A stretch of DNA of 64,000 nucleotides from a virus, in IMG/VR virus record IMGVR_UViG_3300045017_000165, positions 20,701-84,700 of that record; one strand, written 5' to 3'. Made by a program: the position numbers and the translations under genes. The notes beneath the pieces were generated by a model that saw nothing but the letters and a program-made list of their open reading frames with translations, was not told where the DNA came from and searched no databases. Position 1 is the stretch's first letter. Each line of letters opens with the position of its first letter. This document shows positions 10,477 to 19,400 of the stretch, piece after piece.

Positions 10477-10928
10477 TGCAAGCACTACGCGCTTATTCAC
10501 ACTCAGCCATTCCAATCTTCTTTTTCGAGCCCGCTGAAACGCAGCCCCAAGTAGGGGATCAGCCGCCGGTTGAAAAAGCTTTGGGGTTTCCTCCTGTGGG
10601 TGGTTTTATGGTGGAGTACTCCGGCGATGACCTCTCGCTTTTTGGAGTAAGCGTAGAGGAAGAAAAGGCGCAGGAAGTCCTGTTCGCCATCAATGTACTC
10701 CTACCAGAAGAGCCAGAAACAGTCGTGGCGACATCTGTTAAACGCACTCCAGAGCCTATGTATATTGTAGGTCACGGAGTTAGTAGAAGTCCAGAAGAGT
10801 CAAATATATTCGGCGCTGCGGTTGAAATGGATGCCAATTGGGAGTCAACTGGTATAATCTCTTTATACGTAGCTAAGTTACGAGAGGACGACGCGCCTCT
10901 CGGTCTTGGAGTTGAAATACATGAATAA
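10476..10928 (+). CDS. Hypothetical acidic protein
   Basis: 150 aa, TGATG coupling to upstream gene. Confidence 0.55.
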   Translation: MQALRAYSHSAIPIFFFEPAETQPQVGDQPPVEKALGFPPVGGFMVEYSGDDLSLFGVSVEEEKAQEVLFAINVLLPEEPETVVATSVKRTPEPMYIVGHGVSRSPEESNIFGAAVEMDANWESTGIISLYVAKLREDDAPLGLGVEIHE

Positions 10929-11082
10929 ATCATTTCTGCATGGTTTTGAAAAAACTGCCGCGGCGTCTCTGCCAAAGTGGCTACGTGAGCACCACAAGAC
11001 AATCAATCCGCTCAAAACGCTAAAAAACTTTAGTGGTAAATCTATTCATAAAACCAAAGCCGGAAGGGAGCTGCGCAAATGA
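10921..11082 (+). CDS. Small basic protein with FxxGFEKTA leader (not in ORF track)
   Basis: Translated by hand: MNKSFLHGFEKTAAASLPKWL...ELRK*, 53 aa; RBS GGAG; overlaps next start (ATGA). Confidence 0.7.
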   Translation: MNKSFLHGFEKTAAASLPKWLREHHKTINPLKTLKNFSGKSIHKTKAGRELRK

Positions 11083-11927
11083 CCAACAAAGTGCGCTGGC
11101 ACGTTTTTGATGACGCCGACGTTGATAGCTTTAACGTCTATAGAGCCATCACTGGTCTAACAGTGACATTCCCAAACGCACTGCAGAGCGGTGATAAGCT
11201 AACATTCGCTGCAACTAGCCCGCAACAGCAGACCGTTACGCTGCGACCCGATGCACCCAGTATCGATACCGTACTAGCTGACATCAACTCACAAGCCAAA
11301 GGAATCGAAGCCTCTAAAAGCACCGATAATACTGAGCTGTTCATCCGCTGCACGGCTAAAACTAATCCCAAACTTAAGCTTTTTTCATGCTCGTTTCTAA
11401 CTCACTTGGGAGAACAGCCAAGGATCATAGTGGCTAAACTCGAATGGTCCGTGGTCGGTAATGTACTTTTTGAAGAGGGTACATCTGCCTATGGGTTCGA
11501 TGACGAGAATGGTGATCCGCTCGATTGGTATCATGTCACCTCAATAAAAGATTCTGTGGAATCAATCCCAAGCCAAGATCAACAAGCATTACTTGTGCCA
11601 GAAGATTTCTGCGTAGTTGAGGGGCGTATTGTCGACATCCAGAACAATCCTATTTCGGGAGCGGAAGTAAAAGCCTCTATTATGATTCCAGTCGGAACTT
11701 CAGATAATGCGGGCATCACAGTCCAATCTAAATCAATGGTTAGCGACAGTCTTGGTCGCTGGAACCTGCCAATTCTTCAAAAACAACAAGTACTTTTTGA
11801 AATTCCGGCAATCCGGTATAATCAAGTCGTAGAGATACCTGAGCAGCCATACATCTTGTTCAAGGATCTGAAACCACTAAACGATCACTACTTTGCGCCA
11901 GCGGGAGAGCCAGAAGGCGGAGTCTAA
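11079..11927 (+). CDS. Virion protein with C-terminal transthyretin/carboxypeptidase-regulatory-like domain
   Basis: VVEGRIVDIQNNPISGAEV...SDSLGRW motif; precedes portal. Confidence 0.5.
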   Translation: MTNKVRWHVFDDADVDSFNVYRAITGLTVTFPNALQSGDKLTFAATSPQQQTVTLRPDAPSIDTVLADINSQAKGIEASKSTDNTELFIRCTAKTNPKLKLFSCSFLTHLGEQPRIIVAKLEWSVVGNVLFEEGTSAYGFDDENGDPLDWYHVTSIKDSVESIPSQDQQALLVPEDFCVVEGRIVDIQNNPISGAEVKASIMIPVGTSDNAGITVQSKSMVSDSLGRWNLPILQKQQVLFEIPAIRYNQVVEIPEQPYILFKDLKPLNDHYFAPAGEPEGGV

Positions 11928-11930
11928 TAA

Positions 11931-13754
11931 ATGAGCTCAGATCCATCACAACCAAGCGGTAATGTAGATCCGAATCTCAGGATGTCCTACGAACGTGGTA
12001 GGACGCGCTACCCCTCGCCATTTTTTGACGTCTCTCAGCAATACATCCCGCCCACAGTTAAAGAGATGTTTAAGTGGGTATACTTCTACGCCACCAACAA
12101 CTCATTTCTAGGACCAGCTCTTAATAAGATCGCCCGCTATCCGATCACAGATCTAATCATAGAAGACCACAACGCTAAGGTAGCTGATAACTGGAAAACC
12201 CTACTGAATAACACTCTTCAAATTAAGACCTTCGAGATGGAAGTAAATCTCGACCTCACTACTTACGGCAACGCTTTCGTTTCTATCAACTATCCGTTCT
12301 CTCGCTTCTTGGTGTGTCAGGGGTGCAAGCACCGTCACCCATGGAAAACAGTTTCTAAGCGAATAGAAAACCTCTCAATCAAAATTAAATGTCACAAATG
12401 CGGTTACAACGGGATCGCTAAGATTCATGATGTTCAGTATAAGTCCGCTGAAGGTGTGCGGCTTATAAGACTTAATCCAGAATTTATCGACATTAAGTAT
12501 AACGACTCCACCGGCAGACATGTTTACCTATACTCAATACCGGATAAGCTAAAACGCATGATCATGTCGGGTGATTCCGACATCATCGAGGACACACCTG
12601 AAATCTATCTCGAGTCCATTAGACAAAAGAAAAAGATTAGGCTTAGCAATCAAAATGTTTTTCACCTCAAAAGACCATCCCTTGCCGGCAAAGACATGGG
12701 TTGGGGAATGCCGCTAATCGCTACAGCGCTGAAAGACTTGTTTCACTACTATACACTTCGTCGTGGACAAGAAGCTGTAATGTTGGAACACATCACTCCG
12801 TTTGATATTTTGTTCCCACAAGCTAACGGAAAATTCGACCCGTACGTTCATTCCGACCTCACTTCATGGAAAGCTGAAATTCAAAGACAAATCGCAGCTA
12901 AACGTAAAGATCCGAACTACAAAGCGGTTCTTCCATTCCCTGTGGGATTTGAACGAATCGGCGGTGATGGCAAAAATCTAATGCTCACTCCGGAGCTAGA
13001 TTTTCTCGCCAAGACCATCATCGGAACTTGCGGTATTCCGCAAGAATTCGTGTACGGCGGTACAATGAACTGGTCCGGATCTTCCGTAGCACTTCGTACG
13101 CTCGAAAACGAATTTCTCCACCACCGCTCACAGCTACTTCAAATGATTATCTGGATAGTCGATCGTCTTAGAGTTTATCTTGATATTATGCCTCCCAAGT
13201 CAATCAAGTTCTCTGACTTCAAGATGGCTGATGATATGCAAAAACTTCAGCTGCTCTTCAACGCTGCCGATAAAGACAAACTCGACTGGGAAACGATCTT
13301 TAAAGAATTGGGCTACGACTACGAAGTGGTTAAGCGTAAGATCGAAGAGCAAAAGCTCTTTGAGGCGAAACTTACAGAGGTACAGTTGGTAAGGCAGGCG
13401 GAAGCTCAAGCCAAAGCTCAACAAGTCGCTTTAAGATATCAGCAAAAAGTTCAGGGCTCTGAACAGCCACAGACAGAACAAGAAGCCGCTCAGGAGTCCA
13501 TACAAGAAACGACAATTCAAGCTTGGGCAAAACGCCTTGCTGCACAATCAGTAGAACAACAGCAGCAAGCACTAGCTAGACTAGAGCAGCAAGATCCGCA
13601 ATTCGCTGCTAAGATCAAAGCAGCGCTAGCTGGGTTGTCACAAACACAACCAGCAACTTCTACCAAAACCACACAGAAACCAAAAGCTGGTGAACAGATA
13701 GATATGCGGCAAGCACCGGAGCAAAAACCTCCGCGCAGACAGGGAGGCATCTAA
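11931..13754 (+). CDS. Portal protein
   Basis: 607 aa; LTTYGNAFV, VFHLKRP..GWGMPLI, CGIPQEFVYG portal-type segments; Q-rich coiled tail; CxxC..CxxC insert. Confidence 0.8.
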   Translation: MSSDPSQPSGNVDPNLRMSYERGRTRYPSPFFDVSQQYIPPTVKEMFKWVYFYATNNSFLGPALNKIARYPITDLIIEDHNAKVADNWKTLLNNTLQIKTFEMEVNLDLTTYGNAFVSINYPFSRFLVCQGCKHRHPWKTVSKRIENLSIKIKCHKCGYNGIAKIHDVQYKSAEGVRLIRLNPEFIDIKYNDSTGRHVYLYSIPDKLKRMIMSGDSDIIEDTPEIYLESIRQKKKIRLSNQNVFHLKRPSLAGKDMGWGMPLIATALKDLFHYYTLRRGQEAVMLEHITPFDILFPQANGKFDPYVHSDLTSWKAEIQRQIAAKRKDPNYKAVLPFPVGFERIGGDGKNLMLTPELDFLAKTIIGTCGIPQEFVYGGTMNWSGSSVALRTLENEFLHHRSQLLQMIIWIVDRLRVYLDIMPPKSIKFSDFKMADDMQKLQLLFNAADKDKLDWETIFKELGYDYEVVKRKIEEQKLFEAKLTEVQLVRQAEAQAKAQQVALRYQQKVQGSEQPQTEQEAAQESIQETTIQAWAKRLAAQSVEQQQQALARLEQQDPQFAAKIKAALAGLSQTQPATSTKTTQKPKAGEQIDMRQAPEQKPPRRQGGI

Positions 13755-14140
13755 TGCTACAAGAACCACAAAAAGGAGCGCTACCTGTAGCGCTTGAAGA
13801 AGCGTCTCACTTAGAGAAAAGCCCGGCGGTTCAAGGGTTTCTGGCTGGTTTGAAGGGAGCGCTATTCGGAGCTCCCGCAGCGGGGTTTATCCAAGCGGTT
13901 CGTGGTAAGGCTCCCATTCCAGCCGCCATTCTCGGTGGATTAGGCGCAGGTCTCGCAATGGGTCTAGCTAAGTATCTAAAACAAAACGTTGAGAACGTAG
14001 AAACCGAAAGCGATATTAGATGGCATGCTGCCCGTATCAAGCAAAGAGAGCCACTATTCTTCATGCCGCCAGCTCAACATATGGGATCGATCTTCTCTAA
14101 ATTCCACTCTAGAGCGCATCTACCAGACGCAGAGAACTAA
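13754..14140 (+). CDS. Glycine-zipper membrane-type protein
   Basis: 128 aa; GxxxG helices (GFLAGLKGALFG, LGGLGAGLAMGL). Confidence 0.6.
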   Translation: MLQEPQKGALPVALEEASHLEKSPAVQGFLAGLKGALFGAPAAGFIQAVRGKAPIPAAILGGLGAGLAMGLAKYLKQNVENVETESDIRWHAARIKQREPLFFMPPAQHMGSIFSKFHSRAHLPDAEN

Positions 14141-14143
14141 TCC

Positions 14144-14359
14144 ATGGCGTTTATTGAGCGAACCACTCGAGCGGTTAGACGGTTTAATATTAACGATGCC
14201 GAAGAGCTCGAGCAGTACAACAGCCTTATTCGAGACCCCAAGGTAAAGGTGATTAGAGACCAGGTACTGACTCAATCCGAAAGCCACTTTGAAGAGGGTT
14301 TTAGCACTACCACTACGAACCATATTGTACTAGTGGAGGTTGAGATATGTTCTTTGTAA
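14144..14359 (+). CDS. Hypothetical protein
   Basis: 71 aa in operon. Confidence 0.55.
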   Translation: MAFIERTTRAVRRFNINDAEELEQYNSLIRDPKVKVIRDQVLTQSESHFEEGFSTTTTNHIVLVEVEICSL

Positions 14360-14577
14360 GGGGATTCGCAAAGACTGCCGCTCCACTTGGCGACAACGCA
14401 TTTATAGGAGATACGGGCGGTAAATCTGACATTGCAGACACCACCGCGACTCAACTAAAATGGGAAACTAGTTCAGGTGCGTCCCCCGAAAATATTGGCT
14501 ATAATGAGCCAGAAGATCTTAACACACGTAAAAAGATTCGCAGTCTTTTTAGAAAACCACGGAGACTCGTCAGATGA
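14347..14577 (+). CDS. Leader-bearing small protein (MFFVRGFAKTA)
   Basis: Shared N-terminal motif; RBS GGAGG. Confidence 0.7.
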   Translation: MFFVRGFAKTAAPLGDNAFIGDTGGKSDIADTTATQLKWETSSGASPENIGYNEPEDLNTRKKIRSLFRKPRRLVR

Positions 14578-14966
14578 CTAACTTCGTCAATGGCTTTGAA
14601 AAAACAGCGGCTAAAGCTCAAGCGGCTTCTAAAGCAATGGACACAGCAAAGAAAATTTTGCATGGCGGTAAAGATGTTGCCGTGGCGTTTGGTAAGGGTG
14701 TTAAAAGTTCTGGCGGGCATACGGTTAGCGACGTGCTCAAGCTTAAAGGTCTTTATTCAACTCCCGCAGAAGCTATCAAGCGCTCTGGTGGCATTCATAA
14801 AGCACTAACTACAGTTCAGGGTCGCAAAGCACTTTCAGAAGCAGCTGGAAAAGTACTTCCACAAGCCGTAGCTGCTGGAGCTTACGGAGCTGGCGCTAAA
14901 AAACTTTACGATGCTACTCTTGGTTCTGATAATCAGAGTGCTGCATCTATGGGGTACTATCAATGA
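14574..14966 (+). CDS. Leader-bearing basic protein (MTNFVNGFEKTA)
   Basis: Shared N-terminal motif; ATGA coupling. Confidence 0.72.
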   Translation: MTNFVNGFEKTAAKAQAASKAMDTAKKILHGGKDVAVAFGKGVKSSGGHTVSDVLKLKGLYSTPAEAIKRSGGIHKALTTVQGRKALSEAAGKVLPQAVAAGAYGAGAKKLYDATLGSDNQSAASMGYYQ

Positions 14967-15163
14967 ACTTCCTAAAATCGTTTAAAAAAGTGGCTATGGA
15001 AAAAGTGGCTGAGCCACCAATCCCAGGAACGGGGATGGACAAACTTTTGAAAGGGTTGCGTGGTACTTTTGGTGGGCAACCTAAACCCCCAAAAACCACG
15101 ATGGTAACTCCACCACCGACAACGCCTAAGCCTTTAGCACCAGTTAAACCGCTGAGCTCATAA
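14963..15163 (+). CDS. Leader-bearing Pro-rich protein (MNFLKSFKKVA)
   Basis: Shared N-terminal motif; ATGA coupling. Confidence 0.65.
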   Translation: MNFLKSFKKVAMEKVAEPPIPGTGMDKLLKGLRGTFGGQPKPPKTTMVTPPPTTPKPLAPVKPLSS

Positions 15164-15164
15164 C

Positions 15165-15344
15165 ATGGCATTCATTAAGTCGTTTGAAAAAACCGCAGCC
15201 ATTAAGCTCGCGCAAACCATTAATGAACGTATTGGGAATCCCTTCGGAAAAGTCACTCCGAAAACTCCGCCTCCACCACCAGCGGCACCAGCCAATGTTG
15301 GGCAGGGTAAAACGATCGGTCAGATGATTGGTTTTCCTGGCTAA
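15165..15344 (+). CDS. Leader-bearing Pro-rich protein (MAFIKSFEKTA), not in ORF track
   Basis: Translated by hand, 59 aa, ends IGFPG*. Confidence 0.7.
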   Translation: MAFIKSFEKTAAIKLAQTINERIGNPFGKVTPKTPPPPPAAPANVGQGKTIGQMIGFPG

Positions 15345-15369
15345 GCTACCCGGAAATTCCGGATAGCTA

Positions 15370-15404
15370 AAAACAAAACGTAGTGATCAGCTACGTTTTG
15401 TTTT
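15370..15404. terminator. Bidirectional intrinsic terminator
   Basis: AAAACAAAACGTAG-tgatcag-CTACGTTTTGTTTT between convergent genes. Confidence 0.75.
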
Positions 15405-15414
15405 ATTGCACGGG

Positions 15415-15846
15415 TCATTTTCGCTTTCTTTTTAATTTCGCAAGATTAATCCTTTCGATGAACTTGCGGTGTTTCTTATTGTAGTGCGATTTTAAACGTC
15501 CCTCATCGCGGTAGGTTTTTCCGCAATGTTCGCAAATGAACTCTCCCTTCGGATAGGCGTTATCTACTGTGCTCCAATCCAGTTCGTATTTAGCGTGATG
15601 TAGCTGGATTATCTTTTTATATTGTTCAATGGTGCTATCGATGGCTTCCTTGTTGTTTTTAGCGAACTCCATGTAGTCTGGGCAATCTTTCTTACAAACT
15701 CCTTTAGCTCTAAGAACAGTGCAAACTCTGCTGTCCTTGATATGCGCAAAAAGCGCGCAGTGAATACTTCTATAGGGAATACCTTTTTTAATTACGGCTT
15801 TTCTATTAAAGTCCTTAATCTCTCCCTGCTTCTTACGTAGTTTCAT
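15415..15846 (-). CDS. C2H2 zinc-finger protein
   Basis: FICEHCGKTYRDEGRLKSHYNKKH plus an upstream Cys cluster; start moved to ATG of MKLRKK. Confidence 0.7.
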   Translation of the reverse strand: MKLRKKQGEIKDFNRKAVIKKGIPYRSIHCALFAHIKDSRVCTVLRAKGVCKKDCPDYMEFAKNNKEAIDSTIEQYKKIIQLHHAKYELDWSTVDNAYPKGEFICEHCGKTYRDEGRLKSHYNKKHRKFIERINLAKLKRKRK

Positions 15847-15869
15847 ACCTTCTGCACCCCGCGCAGTTA

Positions 15870-16364
15870 TCACCAAGGAGCGACATTATGCGGAGAGGAA
15901 CCATTATTTCCATAAGCTACGTGCTGAAATGGGTCGTTCCTAGTGCCAGAGCCACCTAGCGCACTATATTGCTGCTGTGGGGTCTGCTGCTGAATACTCG
16001 CGCTCTTACCTGCGTATAAAACTCCTCCGGTCGAGATCTCCAGCGCCGGCTTTCCCTTCTTTACTAGTGAGTCCATGATAGAATTCATAATCATAGCGCA
16101 CAGCTCAACTATAAACTTAAACACCGCAAGCTCGATCGCTCTAATTACAAACTCAACCAGCATTGATTTCAACCTGGTGGCGATCTCGCGTAGCTTGCCG
16201 AGCCAAGCGTGATCTTTCCGCTTCTTAGCCAGCTTCACTTGAGACTGGATCTTAAAAGCAGCTTTTAGCATGTCTTTTGCTTCTCCCAGCATCTCCTCCT
16301 TGCTTTCTGACTGCTCATCCGCCCCTCCAAAATCAAATGGATTTACCACTGCCGAACTAGTCAT
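15870..16364 (-). CDS. Hypothetical protein
   Basis: 164 aa, RBS AAGGAG, downstream of conserved promoter motif. Confidence 0.65.
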   Translation of the reverse strand: MTSSAVVNPFDFGGADEQSESKEEMLGEAKDMLKAAFKIQSQVKLAKKRKDHAWLGKLREIATRLKSMLVEFVIRAIELAVFKFIVELCAMIMNSIMDSLVKKGKPALEISTGGVLYAGKSASIQQQTPQQQYSALGGSGTRNDPFQHVAYGNNGSSPHNVAPW

Positions 16365-16431
16365 AAGTACAGCTCCTTGTTATGGGTTGTTGGTTAAGGT
16401 AAACTCATACCGAATGGTTTCACCTATTAAA

Positions 16432-16460
16432 CTTATATCGTTAACTCAACTATTTTTGCC
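16432..16460 (-). promoter_or_regulatory. Conserved bipartite phage promoter motif
   Basis: GGCAAAAA-N13-GATATAAG on minus strand. Confidence 0.7.
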
Positions 16461-16476
16461 CTCCGGTTGGTAAGAC

Positions 16477-19400
16477 ATGAGAACATTTCACGGCTCCGCG
16501 CAATTCGATGCATTGAAAACTACTGTTACTGATGCGTACAAAAAACTATTTCCAGTTTATGCCAAGGGGCAGGAAGGCAAGAGTCCGTCACTCCACTTAA
16601 AGAATATTTGGGTAGATGATGCAGAGCTGGATCCCAACAACTTTACAGATCAGAAAAAAACTAAGCTCGCAGGAAGAACTTGGGGAGCTCCCGTATTTGC
16701 GGACATCGAATTGAAAGACCCCTCAGGTCATGTCATTGACAAACTAGATAAAATTCGCATCTCAACCATTCCAAGGCTAACCCCGCGTGGCTCCTACTTG
16801 GTGCAAGGTAGTGAATATCAGATAGCCAATCAGTTCCGCAGAAAGGCGGGCGTGTACGTTCTACCCATGGCTACTGGGGATCAGTTCAAGGCGGTGTTCA
16901 ACGTTCTGGGAGAAGGCTCACGCAACTTTGAAGTACACCTTGATCCTAAGTCCAATAAGTACGCACTAAAGGTAGGGCAGGGGTTCATGCCCCTCTACCC
17001 GTTCTTAAACGCGCTCGGTGCAAAAGACGATGACCTGAAAAAAGCTTGGGGTGAAGAGGTGTTCGCAGCCAATAAAGTTGACCCCAATAAGCACGTACAG
17101 AAATTGGCTGAAAAACTTACGCGAGTAAAGACAGACAACAAACAGACAGCCATCGAAGCGCTCCATAACTTCGGCAAAGCAGCGAAGCTAGATCCCTCTA
17201 TTACCGAGCTAACTCTTGGTAAAAGTTACGCGCAGCTCGATCAGCACGCGATAATCGCAGCCAGCAAAAAACTAAAGGACGTTTACCACGGCGTAGTCGA
17301 ACACGATGATCCCGAGAACATCCTCTTTAAAGAAGTTCTATCAGTTGAAGACATGCTTCACGATAAGCTTACCAGTAAAACCCAAACTGATGCTCTTAAG
17401 TATTCGCTATCCAGAAAGCTCGGAAAGCGCACTAAAATCAAAGACATCGTAGACTTCAGACGTCTGGCTGGTCCTGTGGAATCTTTCTTCACCTCAGACA
17501 CCAGAAGCAGTACCCCAGAGCAGTACAACCCTATCCACATGCTCTCAGAAAGTCAGAAAGTTACCCTGCGCGGTACTGGTGGCATTACTGACCCACACAC
17601 CATCACAAGTAGTGTGCGCGAAGTTCATCCATCTCACGTAGGATTCGTGGATCCGGTGCATACCCCCGAAGGTGAGAACATCGGCGTCACCATGCACCTA
17701 GCCGCTGGAGCAGTTAAAGACGGTCGCGCAATCAGAACTCCTGCAGTAAATGTACGCACTGGTAAAGAGGAACTCCTTACCCCTAAAGAACTGTACACGA
17801 AGGTAGTGGCATTCCCAGATGAAGCTAATATCTCAGATAAGGGTGTGCAGTTCAAAAATAAGCTAGTCAAAGCGCAGCGTCTTGGAAAGATGTTAGAAGC
17901 CGAGCAACACAGCGTGGACTACGTGATTCCGTCGCATACGACGATGTTCAGCTACGCTACGAATCTCGTGCCGTTCCTTCACAGCGATCAAGGTAATCGT
18001 ATCGCCATGGCTGCAAAACACTTGAGCCAAGCAATCCCACTAGTCGATCGTGATGCGCCAAACGTTCAAACTGAGGTTGCACCTGGAAAGAGTTTTCACG
18101 AGGTGATTGGTAGGCAGTTCGCGGTCCACGCCCCTGAAGACGGAGTAGTAACTAAAGTTACGTCTGACTTCATCGAGGTCGGTAAACATAAAATTCACCT
18201 CTATAATGATTTTCCGCTAAGACAAAAAACGCTCCTTCACCACGAACCGCTAGTTAAAGTGGGAGATAAAGTTAAGAAGGGTCAGCTCATCGCAGACTCC
18301 AACTTTACAAAAAATGGTACGCTTGCCCTCGGTAAGAACTTGAAAGTCGCTTACCTCCCGTATCCGGGTCTAACTTTCGACGACGGTATTGTCATCACCG
18401 AAAGTGCGGCTAAAAAACTTTCAACTGTCCAGGTGTACAAGCACGCGTTTGAAGTTGAGCCGGGAGCCAAGAAAACTGACCTCCGCATGTACTCGGCTTA
18501 CTTCCCGAACGTCATTGGAAAAGATCTGCATAAAAAGTTTGACGTTGACGGTGTCATTAAAAAAGGTGCTGTCGTAAACCCTGGGGAACTCGTAATCGCT
18601 GGTTTGAAGTATGATCTAGCCAATCCTGAACTCGCTACACTAAAGCGCATTAATAAATCCCTCGCACGTCCATGGTCAAACGCAGGACAACACTATTCGG
18701 GTGAATTCCCAGGAGTAGTGACAGATGTAGTTAAGCGTGCAGATACTGTAGAAGTCTATATTAAAGCCGTCGAGCCAGCCAGAGAATCGGACAAACTATC
18801 GGGCGTTCACGGCAATAAAGGCGTCATTACTAAAGTGATTCTCGATAGTGAAGCGCCAAGAACTAAAGACGGAAAAATACCCGACGTTATCTTGAATCCT
18901 CACGGGATCATCGGTCGTATTAACGCCGGACAAATATTTGAGTCCGCCGCAGGAAAAATTGCCGAGAAGACCGGAAAAACTTACGTGGTGAAAAACTTTA
19001 ACGGTAAGAACACCGGTAAGGAAATTCTGAAAGAACTTGAGGCTCATAATATCGATGACATGGAAGAAATGTTTCTTCCTAATGGAAAATCGATGGGCAA
19101 AGTTCACATCGGTAATCCCTATATTCTCAGACTCTCCAAAACAGGTAAGACTGGCTTCTCTGCCAGAATGCCTGGCAGCGGTTATGACCCGAACCAGCAA
19201 CCTACTAAAGGTGGTGAAGAAGGCTCTAAAGCTCTCGACCTGCTCACATTCTATTCGATGCTTTCTCACGGTGCTAAAAAAAACCTTGCAGACGCTCACC
19301 AGAAATCAGAAAAAAATGACGAGTACTGGCATGCAATTGAAATGGGAAAACCACTTCCAGCTCCACGACAAACCTACGCGTTCAACAAGTTCATCTCTCT

